Part shown: piece after piece, positions 30,011 through 38,247 of the stretch
How the letters are laid out: each line of letters begins with the position of its first letter
Numbering within the stretch: the first letter of the stretch is position 1
Assembly: GCA_964403285.1 (NCBI GenBank)
Contig: CAYOFG010000001.1
Span: 22,183 to 86,182, forward strand
Direction: 5' to 3'
Source: an uncultured Clostridia bacterium
GTDB lineage: Bacteria; UBA6262; WVXT01
DNA length: 64,000 nucleotides
Notes under the pieces: model-generated
The model's input: only the letters and a program-made list of their open reading frames with translations
Databases searched by the model: none
What the model was told of the DNA's origin: nothing
Made by a program: the position numbers and the translations under genes

Positions 30011-31121
30011 AAGTTCCTTTTCTATTATCGTAATCATAAGCATATGTGTCGCTACATCCACGAAGTTCTGCCGCAGGCATTCGGCCGTGGACCTGAAAAT
30101 ATTTTCCCTTCCGTCCGCAAGGACAATCATCTTCGCCCAAAACCGTTCCCAGGTCTTCTGTTAACACACTATGCCCAGGATAACTTCGGGCTAAGAGACT
30201 AAGTACTTGTATAAGCCCTTTGCGACCTTTTGGGAGAGGCTCAAGAGAAACTAAATCACGGATAATTATATCTGCAAAATCAGGAGCGTGCAGGCATTTT
30301 TTTTCGCACTCAAGGAAAACAGCCCCTAACGCCTCCACCATCGTATAAAAATTGTATATTCTCTTAACACCGAACTGTTCACTCAATTTCAGTTTGTATG
30401 TTTCAGTGTCCACGGCACTCTCCTCAAGTTTTTTCCAACCCCCAGTATGGATAATTATGCTATTCTCCAAATCTAAGTGCCGTTTCTTCTCAACAAAGGG
30501 CAGATATAAATGCTCCCAAATCATAAAAGTAAAACCAAATAAAACAACCCTTTCTCCACAGTGTTTTTTAAGAAAAGCATCCAATTCTTTCCACTTAATA
30601 TTCAATGAGTCATCGAGCAAGAATAGATGGTCGCTGCTAAGAGTTAGCATGCCATATAAAGCGACATCACGCGCTTTTAAATTGAATTTATTTTGAACCA
30701 GGCTCACATTATCAATTAAAATCATAGGGAGTTTCTTTTCACCAATACAAGAGGATATTACAGATCTAAAACCTTTGGCTTGTAATATAGATGTTTCCTT
30801 ATCCATAAAAATATACGAGGGAACCTGAAATGTTGTACCACTTGATGACAATATTCTTACTATTGAGTCCAGGGAGACGCTTCGAAATTTATGGCTTTTA
30901 AACAAGCGCGCTGGTAACATAGGCACATCCTTTAAATTGCCTGTCGAAGTTAGTGAAATTGGTAATGCTTCTATTATCCGTTTATACGGTTGGCAGTGAT
31001 CCCGGTGTTCAAATGTGAGCTCCCATAGTAAATCATCAAGAAGTTTCTGTTTTTCTCCTGCATTGAGACGATAGGGGTTATTAGTAAAAAGGTACTCAAT
31101 GTTAGTCCACGAAATGGGCAT
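29991..31121 (-). CDS. LuxE-family acyl-protein synthetase
   Basis: VPMLPARLFKSHKFRSVSLDSIVRILSSSGTT matches the LuxE hallmark LPLLPARLFKEHKLLSV...SSGTTG. The C-terminal CPCGRKGKYFQVHGRMPAAELRGCS matches LuxE CPCGRNG...GRAG...KGCA. Confidence 0.65.
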   Translation of the reverse strand: MPISWTNIEYLFTNNPYRLNAGEKQKLLDDLLWELTFEHRDHCQPYKRIIEALPISLTSTGNLKDVPMLPARLFKSHKFRSVSLDSIVRILSSSGTTFQVPSYIFMDKETSILQAKGFRSVISSCIGEKKLPMILIDNVSLVQNKFNLKARDVALYGMLTLSSDHLFLLDDSLNIKWKELDAFLKKHCGERVVLFGFTFMIWEHLYLPFVEKKRHLDLENSIIIHTGGWKKLEESAVDTETYKLKLSEQFGVKRIYNFYTMVEALGAVFLECEKKCLHAPDFADIIIRDLVSLEPLPKGRKGLIQVLSLLARSYPGHSVLTEDLGTVLGEDDCPCGRKGKYFQVHGRMPAAELRGCSDTYAYDYDNRKGTYGNLTT

Positions 31122-31135
31122 CTTTTTCTTCCTAT

Positions 31136-32323
31136 TTAATCAGAGTTTAGATATTCCAAAATACATCCTGCTACAACAGCAACGCCAAGAGGAAGCACAT
31201 CTTCATCTAAATCGAAAAAAGGGCTATGAAGAGGATAAACTATTCCTTTTTTTCTATTACGAATTCCTATTGAAAAAATAACCCCTGGAACTTCTCGAAA
31301 AAAGTAACCAATATCTTCGCCTTCAAAGAAAGGATATTTGAAGTTAAATATGTTTTTGGACCCGAGGAGTCTTCTCCCTACATCAGCTACTATGCCGTTC
31401 AATTGAGGATTATTTACAACAGACGAATAGAAAGGGATGAATCGAATCTCACACTGCGCTCCATATCCTCGACAAATAGCACGTAGTGTCTTTTTAATTT
31501 TACCCACTACATTCCTGCGGGTAATACTATCGAGGGTTCTTATCGTACCTTTTAGTCTTACACGATCAGGAATTACATTACTTGCTGTTCCTCCGTGAAT
31601 TTCTCCTATTGAAATGACAACCGGCACACATGGATTTTGCTTTTGAGGAACAATAAACTGAAGGGCCTCTACAACTTTTGCTGTAATATAAATTGTATCT
31701 ACTGTCTCCCAGCGTTGGGCAACATGTCCTCCTTTGCCAATAATGGATATTTCGAAGTCATCTACATTAGCAGTAACAATACCGCGACGTATCCCTATTT
31801 TACCCGCATCAAGAAATGGACTTAAGTCAAAACCAAATACCGAATCAACCTTCGGGTTCTTTAAGGCTCCTGCAGAAATCATTGCTTGTGCTCCACCAGA
31901 GCTTTCTTCATTTGGCTGAAAGATAAACTTCACCTGCCCTTTCAATTCCTCGCGAATTTTACCTAATAATGAAGCAACTCCTAAAACGATTGCCATCTTC
32001 CCATCATGGCCACATGCATGCATAACGCCAGGAACTTTAGAAGCATACTTCTTTTTAGTTCTTTCCTGAATAGGCAATGCATCCATATCCGACCTAATAA
32101 CAACGGTTTTCCCTTTTTTTCTTCCTTTAAGAAGAGCAACTACGCCTGTCCTTGCAACTTTCTCTTTTACCTTGAGACCCGCTCGCTTTAGTTCTTTGGC
32201 TATTAATTTAGCAGTTTTTACTTCTTGAAATCCTAATTCGGGATAAGAATGGATTTGTCTTCTTATCTTGATAACTTCAGACTTAAGTTTAAGAGATTGC
32301 TTTAGTAAATTATCTAACTCCAT
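31136..32323 (-). CDS. M20D-family amidohydrolase (N-acyl-amino-acid amidohydrolase / aminoacylase-like)
   Basis: The N-terminus IRRQIHSYPELGFQEVKTAKLIAKEL and the metal-binding HACGHD region are characteristic of M20D peptidases such as the hippurate hydrolase family. Confidence 0.65.
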   Translation of the reverse strand: MELDNLLKQSLKLKSEVIKIRRQIHSYPELGFQEVKTAKLIAKELKRAGLKVKEKVARTGVVALLKGRKKGKTVVIRSDMDALPIQERTKKKYASKVPGVMHACGHDGKMAIVLGVASLLGKIREELKGQVKFIFQPNEESSGGAQAMISAGALKNPKVDSVFGFDLSPFLDAGKIGIRRGIVTANVDDFEISIIGKGGHVAQRWETVDTIYITAKVVEALQFIVPQKQNPCVPVVISIGEIHGGTASNVIPDRVRLKGTIRTLDSITRRNVVGKIKKTLRAICRGYGAQCEIRFIPFYSSVVNNPQLNGIVADVGRRLLGSKNIFNFKYPFFEGEDIGYFFREVPGVIFSIGIRNRKKGIVYPLHSPFFDLDEDVLPLGVAVVAGCILEYLNSD

Positions 32324-32327
32324 CTTT

Positions 32328-32546
32328 TTAAAATCCTCCTTGGCGCTCCCATCTGTGAATAGTCAAATCCCTGTCGGCAAGCAAGTTCAAGGTGATCCAC
32401 AGCATTCCCCCTGACTCCTCTATAAATATCACTGGTCTCTGTTGGAAGTCACTTTCCCGCAGTAACAGACTGAACTGCCTCCGGATTCTCCCAATATCCT
32501 GTCCGTCCTCTACAGGAACCATCCATACAACGCTTCTTGTATCCAT
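32328..32546 (-). CDS. Small hypothetical protein (72 aa)
   Basis: The ORF is tightly packed between the kinase stop (8 nt upstream) and the M20 start (5 nt downstream), which suggests a real co-transcribed gene. I recognise no motif. Confidence 0.3.
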   Translation of the reverse strand: MDTRSVVWMVPVEDGQDIGRIRRQFSLLLRESDFQQRPVIFIEESGGMLWITLNLLADRDLTIHRWERQGGF

Positions 32547-32553
32547 ATGTTTT

Positions 32554-35500
32554 TTAATCTTTAATAGACCGCAATAATTCTACTACTTCCCTCTTTTTTA
32601 TTTCTGCACCAATCTCCCCAAATATTTTTTCGGCCTCACTCAGACTATCCTTAGCACTGCTCCATTGTGTCAAATCCATATTAATTTTTGCCATTTGCTC
32701 ATAGAACCATCCTTTAAGTAAAGGATTGTCTGTTTCTTCAGATAATTCTAACACTTCTTTCAAAATATTCTGTGCTTTTTCAAATTCCTTCTTTCTTCTC
32801 ATTATTTCTGAACTTAAAAGATATATCCTTGCCTGAGAAACAACAGGAGTATCCTCGAGTTTTTGGTTTAAGAACTCTTCGGCTCTGCTAAGAATCAACT
32901 GCGCCTGCTCAATATCATCTAACTCAATGTACATTTCAGCCAAAAATCCCATTGCCTCAGTAGTAGAGATGAGATTTGATTCAGTGGCTCGTTCAACAGC
33001 TTGTTTCATCTGGCTAATGCCTTCTTCTCTCTTGCCCTGCACAAACTTAAGATAAGCCTTAAACATCTCTCCCTGCTGAATTATATAACTTGAACCGGTT
33101 CGCTGTCCTAAAGTGTACAGTTTCTCCGCAGACTCCATAGCCTTGTCATAACTATGTAATAATATTTCTATTCTTGTCCGATAACAGTAATACCACATTT
33201 CTGTAGATGCTGGCCTACCTAACTTTCTACTCATCTCTTGTGCTATATCGCTTTCTTTTTGGAATTCTTTGCCCATTCCTCTCCAACTTAACCATTCCCA
33301 ATCTAAACAGCGTAACCACCAGACTAAATCTAGGAAATTTTCTTTCTCATTATAACGAAGGCCGCGTGCAGCAAAATCACGGTCAAAATTTTTTCCTAAA
33401 ACCACATTAGGAAGGTTCAAAAAATAAAAGTAAGTCCCGTAGACATATTTGTAAAACCAATCGGTTAAACCTACGTAACGCTCAGCGATATCCATATTTT
33501 CAAAAGCATGTTTACCTCGTTTAATTACATCTTTTGTTCGCCCAAGGTAAACTAAAGTGGGAAAATACCCCGCAACTACAGCTGAATAACCTAAACCATT
33601 CATATCGGGAAGATAATCGTCAACTCGGTCAATTAACTCCAACGACCTTTTATAACTACCCAGGAAAAATTCAGCCAAGGAACCCCATCCATGAACTCGG
33701 ACCATAAATAAAATAATTGTGCCAAAATCTTTATCAATTTTTGCTTTTGGTGGTTGCTTAGTTAACTTTTCCTTAATCTTAAGGCCGGTCCTTTTCGGCA
33801 ACATATCCACTATTTTAAAAACAATGCGCATCAGTTTTACTACTCGCTTGACATTTATAAGGCGATTCAACTCTTGAAACTGGCGCTCGCAGACCTCTGC
33901 ACAATACCCAGGGTCAGTATATATAGCAGTATCCTCCACTCTATCTCGAATGTGGAACATCACTGTTTTCTTATTGGGATACTCGATTGTCTCAACTATT
34001 TCTAGCGCCTCTGCCCATGATTTAGTTGCTCTGAAGAAGTCTCTAATCTTCCACCCTACGTCGCCAGCTTTAATTAAGTACTCTGCAGCCTTGGTTTTGT
34101 TTAAACCACGACTAAAATGGTAGGCCAACTCATTAATAACAGATTCTTTATCCTCGGCGAAACGCGCTTCTATGAAAGTAGCTGCTTTTTCATGCATTTC
34201 TTTCCTGGATGCCTCCTCTAATTGAGCGTAGAGGGTTTCTCTGACACGGTCGTGAGTAAAGGCATATTGTTTTTCTTCGATTTTCATAAATTGGCGTTCG
34301 ATTAACTCGTCTAAAACACCAAAGAGTTGTTCATCTCCTAAACCACTTAATGTTTTGAGAAGAGATAAATCGAGATTTCTGGCTACCACTGCCGCCACTC
34401 TTGCAATCTTCAACACTTCAGGTCTAAGGAGTTTTAAACGGCGAAGGATAGTGGCTTCTATTGAGGTAGGTAACTCTATTGCGCTTATATCTGCAGGTAA
34501 AATCCAACATCCGCGCTCCAATTTTAGCTGTTCTTCCTCAATTAATGCCCTCATTACTTCACTGACAAAAAAGGGATTACCTCCAGTAGCAGTATATATA
34601 TGCTCAGTGAAATCTTCAGTTAATTCAATACGGCCTAACATCTTTGCAATCAAAATATCGACATTATCCGAATCTAAAGGCAATAACTTCATTTCATTGG
34701 TGAGATTTTCTTCAACGGTTTGAAAAATACGGCTTGTAGGTTCAACTTCATCGTCGCGGAAGGAAGATAAAATCATAATAGGATATTCTCGTAGTTCTCG
34801 AATACAAACGTTAAGCAAATCTATGGAAGGCGTATCTGCCCAATGTAAATCTTCAATATAAATAACTAACGGTTGCACTTTTGAAACTTCTTTTAACCAT
34901 CCAGCAACCGATTCAAATAAACGCGCCTTCTCCGCATATTCTTCTAATTGTGGAGCAGGCTCGTACCCTTTATTTCTTAGTTCAGGTATAACTTTAACCA
35001 GTACTGAACCATATTTATCTATCACATCTTTTGAGGTTAATGGTAAAAGAGGTTTGAGTGCTTTAGCTACAGGCTGATACGCAGTCATACCCTGTGCAAA
35101 ACAATTGCCTTGCACAAAAGGAACCTCGTCTAATTGGACATATAGCTGGAACTCTTGAATTAAGCGGGATTTTCCAGTTCCTGCTGGAGCAGCAATAAAA
35201 ACACTCTTGCCTTTACCTTCCTTTGTAAGCCTAAAAAGTTCTTTTAATTCCCGCATCTCTCCTTCACGGCCTATCAGTTCACTACAATTGAGATAACTTT
35301 TCCTCTGTTCTAAAGTCTCTATAGATACTTCCTCAGCACTGAGTTTGACTAAATCGTTAATTAATTCCGCTGTTGTCTGGTAACGATTATCTGGGTCCTT
35401 AGCAATGAGTCTTAATATGACTTCTTCCAGTTCTTCAGGGATATTTTTTCTAATGTTACAAGGAGGCAGAGGAGGTTCTTGAATATGTTTTTTTATAATC

Positions 35501-36258
35501 TCTAAAATAGTCTTTCCCAAAAATGGAAGCTTTCCAGTGGTTAATTCATAAGCCATTATACCTAAGGAATATAAATCAGAACGGGCATCAATTATACCAC
35601 CTTTGGTAACTTCTGGAGGCATGTAAAGAGGGGTACCGGCGATTTCACCATTGCTGGGCAATCCCATCTGGTCCATCAAACCAAAATCCATCATTTTCAC
35701 ATTGCCTTCAGGAGTAATCCGGATATTATCTGGTTTTATATCTCTATGAACCAAAAGTCTTGAATGGATGAAATTTAACACCTGGGCAGTTTGGATAAGG
35801 ATTCGGTAAACTTCAGGAATGTTCAATTGTCTTTCTTTTAAGATATCGCGCAATTCTCTTCCGCACACGATCTCCATTGTAATATAATCGTCGCCATTTT
35901 CTAATACACCAAAATTGTATACATGAACGGTACTAGGGTGCTTTAATTTAACCATAGTACGAAATTCCTGTTTGAAGTGGAGTTCCACTTCAGTTGTAGA
36001 AGTGGCTGTAGCGGTTATCCTTACTCTTTTTGTCTGGGCAGCTGTTGTAGCGAAAATATCATCTCCCACCAGTGGCTCCTTGACCTCAGTCCCTGTCACA
36101 GTCGAGCTCGTATCCGTACCTGCTACTTCCCGGAAAAATTGCTTCAAAGCAACCTCTCGGTGTTCTAATGTATCATATACTTTCCATATTATACCCATTC
36201 CTCCTGCGCCAAGTTTTTCTAAAACTTTATACCGATTTGCTAATAAAGTTTCTTTCAT
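32554..36258 (-). CDS. Multidomain signalling protein: Ser/Thr protein kinase, AAA/STAND-type P-loop NTPase, TPR repeats
   Basis: Hanks kinase motifs LGAGGMG, VALKQF, HRDIKPDNI, DFGL, PPE and DLYSLG are present. A P-loop FIAAPAGTGKSRL and Walker B VIYIEDLHWAD follow. A long C-terminal helical-repeat region includes GEMFKAYLKF and AQLILSRAEEFL. A roughly 45 aa Thr/Ser/Ala-rich insertion sits between the beta3 Lys and alphaC. Confidence 0.75.
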   Translation of the reverse strand: MKETLLANRYKVLEKLGAGGMGIIWKVYDTLEHREVALKQFFREVAGTDTSSTVTGTEVKEPLVGDDIFATTAAQTKRVRITATATSTTEVELHFKQEFRTMVKLKHPSTVHVYNFGVLENGDDYITMEIVCGRELRDILKERQLNIPEVYRILIQTAQVLNFIHSRLLVHRDIKPDNIRITPEGNVKMMDFGLMDQMGLPSNGEIAGTPLYMPPEVTKGGIIDARSDLYSLGIMAYELTTGKLPFLGKTILEIIKKHIQEPPLPPCNIRKNIPEELEEVILRLIAKDPDNRYQTTAELINDLVKLSAEEVSIETLEQRKSYLNCSELIGREGEMRELKELFRLTKEGKGKSVFIAAPAGTGKSRLIQEFQLYVQLDEVPFVQGNCFAQGMTAYQPVAKALKPLLPLTSKDVIDKYGSVLVKVIPELRNKGYEPAPQLEEYAEKARLFESVAGWLKEVSKVQPLVIYIEDLHWADTPSIDLLNVCIRELREYPIMILSSFRDDEVEPTSRIFQTVEENLTNEMKLLPLDSDNVDILIAKMLGRIELTEDFTEHIYTATGGNPFFVSEVMRALIEEEQLKLERGCWILPADISAIELPTSIEATILRRLKLLRPEVLKIARVAAVVARNLDLSLLKTLSGLGDEQLFGVLDELIERQFMKIEEKQYAFTHDRVRETLYAQLEEASRKEMHEKAATFIEARFAEDKESVINELAYHFSRGLNKTKAAEYLIKAGDVGWKIRDFFRATKSWAEALEIVETIEYPNKKTVMFHIRDRVEDTAIYTDPGYCAEVCERQFQELNRLINVKRVVKLMRIVFKIVDMLPKRTGLKIKEKLTKQPPKAKIDKDFGTIILFMVRVHGWGSLAEFFLGSYKRSLELIDRVDDYLPDMNGLGYSAVVAGYFPTLVYLGRTKDVIKRGKHAFENMDIAERYVGLTDWFYKYVYGTYFYFLNLPNVVLGKNFDRDFAARGLRYNEKENFLDLVWWLRCLDWEWLSWRGMGKEFQKESDIAQEMSRKLGRPASTEMWYYCYRTRIEILLHSYDKAMESAEKLYTLGQRTGSSYIIQQGEMFKAYLKFVQGKREEGISQMKQAVERATESNLISTTEAMGFLAEMYIELDDIEQAQLILSRAEEFLNQKLEDTPVVSQARIYLLSSEIMRRKKEFEKAQNILKEVLELSEETDNPLLKGWFYEQMAKINMDLTQWSSAKDSLSEAEKIFGEIGAEIKKREVVELLRSIKD

Positions 36259-36514
36259 TTTTTGCTCTTCCTGTTTTTAAGTCTAATTTAAAGGCTTGAA
36301 AAAATTTCTCCTCAGCCCCTTTCTCAGACTTTATGCCAGAAACATCAACTCTCATAGCCATAACAATTTTTATAAAAGTATTAAGTATGCAGCTCCGGGA
36401 TGGTTTCTTCCCCCCAGAAAACCTCATCTCCCGGGCTATTCCATCAATGAACTTAATTTGCTTCTTATTCACTCCAATATTAGCTATAATTAAAATTTTA
36501 TTCCGACTGTTCAT
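36227..36514 (-). CDS. Small protein (95 aa), paralogue of 36529..36798
   Basis: It shares a core F..I..M..GG.K.P.S.I with its neighbour (FIDGIAREMRFSGGKKPSRSCILNTF versus FYNLSISMKINGGYKLPKSYIIRSL). There is weak resemblance to AbrB/MazE swapped-hairpin or RHH DNA-binding cores. It overlaps the kinase start by 32 nt. Confidence 0.35.
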   Translation of the reverse strand: MNSRNKILIIANIGVNKKQIKFIDGIAREMRFSGGKKPSRSCILNTFIKIVMAMRVDVSGIKSEKGAEEKFFQAFKLDLKTGRAKNERNFISKSV

Positions 36515-36528
36515 TTGCTAAATTACCG

Positions 36529-36798
36529 TTACTTTTCCCTCACTCTTCTGAGCTCATTAAGAGATTGAAGAATCCTCTTTTCTAAATCAATCTTGGTTTT
36601 AACGTTCTTCAAGTTTATCTTTAGTCTCATAAAGGCATTAACTAGACTTCGAATAATGTATGATTTAGGTAACTTATAGCCGCCATTTATTTTCATTGAA
36701 ATGCTCAGATTATAAAACCAGTCATTCGTCTTTTTATCCAGAAAAATGGGGATACGGAACAGGTTTTTTTCAACATCAGATCTAAACCGCTTATTCAT
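36529..36798 (-). CDS. Small protein (89 aa), paralogue of 36227..36514; possible AbrB/MazE- or RHH-like DNA binder
   Basis: MKINGGYKLPKSYIIRSLVNAFMRL resembles the G-R/Y-x-x-I/L-P-K-x-I-R-x-L swapped-hairpin motif. It lies 20 nt downstream of the radical SAM gene stop. Confidence 0.35.
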   Translation of the reverse strand: MNKRFRSDVEKNLFRIPIFLDKKTNDWFYNLSISMKINGGYKLPKSYIIRSLVNAFMRLKINLKNVKTKIDLEKRILQSLNELRRVREK

Positions 36799-36818
36799 TT
36801 GTGTTTACCTCGCCATCT

Positions 36819-37829
36819 TTACTCAGCTCCGAAGACATTCTCATCATAGTCAACAGGAAATTCCTTTTTCCCCTCAAATAATTTAAGCAATTTGCTTCTC
36901 ATCTTGGGATCATTCATCGGACAATCACATCTATTTATATTTTCTCGTTCCATTTTGAAATAAGAACTACTCCACATTCTCTCAATTATGGTCTTTAAAT
37001 CTTCTTTTCGTATATTACCGAACCTAATAGGAACATAACAACAAGGTTGCACATCTCCATAAGCAGTAATAGCAACAACCCATCGCGTAACACTTGCGCA
37101 TACAAAAGGAACTGTCCCGTCGCACCACTCTTCCCAGAAAACAAAATTAGGCTCCAAAAGGGCCCGGAATTCTTCCATCTCATCTTTGGAAAGTCGAATC
37201 TCTTGATTGGTCCATCTTCCAACCATCATAGGAGTAAGAAGTCTGATTTTAAACACCCCTAAATCTTTTCCCAATTGAATGATTTTTTTTGTATCGCCAC
37301 TTTTAAGACTTTGCTTGGTAACCACGGTTGAAATTCCTACAGGGATTCCCAGCTCTACACAATTTTTAATCGCTTGAATAGCTTTATCCCAGGAACCTTC
37401 CATTCCTCGAAATTGGTCGTGGACTTTAGGATTACTACTATCTATACTCACCAGGAAAAAAGTTATCCCAGCCTCTTTTACTGCTTTAGCAAAACTTTTA
37501 TTAGCCAACTTAATTCCATTTGTATCAGCACGGGTAAAGAGGCCTTTTTGGGTTGAATACCGAAGAAGTTCTACAAAATCTCTATGTATTGTTGGCTCTC
37601 CTCCAAAAAAGTAAGCCACACCCAACCCACAGTCTTTTAATCGATCGAGAATTTTGCTCTTAACCTCTTCTGTTGTCAATAACTTTTCATTTTTCTTCTC
37701 AAACAAACCAACTCCACAGTGTTTACAACGACATTGACATGCGTAGGTTAAACTGATAAAAGCCCCTTTAACTTGGGCAAATTTTTTTATTCCTTGATAA
37801 CCCTCTAAATCTTCAAGTTTCACATTCAT
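36819..37829 (-). CDS. Radical SAM enzyme with SPASM/twitch C-terminal Cys cluster
   Basis: CQCRCKHC (Cx3Cx2C) lies near the N-terminus. The GGEPT glycine-rich SAM motif is present. The C-terminal cysteines are CDGTVPFVCAS...QPCCYVPIRFGNI...RCDCP. Confidence 0.7.
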   Translation of the reverse strand: MNVKLEDLEGYQGIKKFAQVKGAFISLTYACQCRCKHCGVGLFEKKNEKLLTTEEVKSKILDRLKDCGLGVAYFFGGEPTIHRDFVELLRYSTQKGLFTRADTNGIKLANKSFAKAVKEAGITFFLVSIDSSNPKVHDQFRGMEGSWDKAIQAIKNCVELGIPVGISTVVTKQSLKSGDTKKIIQLGKDLGVFKIRLLTPMMVGRWTNQEIRLSKDEMEEFRALLEPNFVFWEEWCDGTVPFVCASVTRWVVAITAYGDVQPCCYVPIRFGNIRKEDLKTIIERMWSSSYFKMERENINRCDCPMNDPKMRSKLLKLFEGKKEFPVDYDENVFGAE

Positions 37830-38107
37830 AAATATCTTTCTTGTAAATAATAAAATAAAAAACCGAACTGCTCTCTTGCAAAAGGCAGTTCGGCTAATAA
37901 GTTAATTAAAGACTTCTCTGCTATTTTTATAATTGGTTTCGGTAGCCCGGCCGTCATTCTCACTTTTTCCTTGCTGACCCGTAACTTTGCCGCGTCTCCT
38001 AAAGTCCACCAAACCGACTACGGAATCGCGCCCCGGGGCATCCCAAATAATGATTTACCGGGGGCCCCTACCTCTCGGTAGGTTTGCCTTTTCGTTCCAA
38101 CTTTTCT
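37830..38107 (-). promoter_or_regulatory. Structured ~280 nt 5' leader (candidate riboswitch or attenuator) of the radical SAM gene
   Basis: The leader lies between a consensus promoter and the terminator. Its 5' end is AAAAGGCAAACC followed by a GNRA-capped hairpin CUACCGAGAGGUAGG. A 7-bp GC helix GCCCCGG...CCGGGGC follows. A later element is GACGCGGCAAAG. Confidence 0.4.
37851..37893 (-). terminator. Intrinsic (rho-independent) terminator immediately upstream of the radical SAM start codon; a probable expression platform or attenuator
   Basis: The minus-strand RNA reads GCCGAACUGCCUUUUGCAAGAGAGCAGUUCGG followed by UUUUUUUAUUUUAUU, a 9-bp GC-rich stem with a U-tract. It ends about 20 nt before the ATG at 37829. 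Confidence 0.6.
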
Positions 38108-38113
38108 GTTTTA

Positions 38114-38142
38114 AGTATATCACAAAAGTTACATTTTGTCAA
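38114..38142 (-). promoter_or_regulatory. Sigma70-type promoter (TTGACA, 17 nt spacer, TATACT) driving the leader and radical SAM gene
   Basis: The minus strand reads cattTTGACAaaatgtaacttttgtgaTATACTtaaaacA. The -35 and -10 are perfect or near-perfect with a 17-nt spacer. The predicted TSS coincides with the start of the AAAAGGCAAACC motif. Confidence 0.55.
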
Positions 38143-38247
38143 ATGCCTTTTTATGCTTTTCAATATTTTTGCTTAGGAGTATTAAACAAAAAGGAAATAA
38201 TACCCGGTTCGCACTTGTTTCATCATTTAGTTAACAAAACCTTTTCG

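Noticed and set aside
28784-31121. Bioluminescence (lux) operon
   Set aside because: Only luxC- and luxE-like genes are present. No luciferase (luxAB), luxD or luxG homologues occur in the window. The pair is interpreted as a fatty-acyl reduction module, not a light-emission system.
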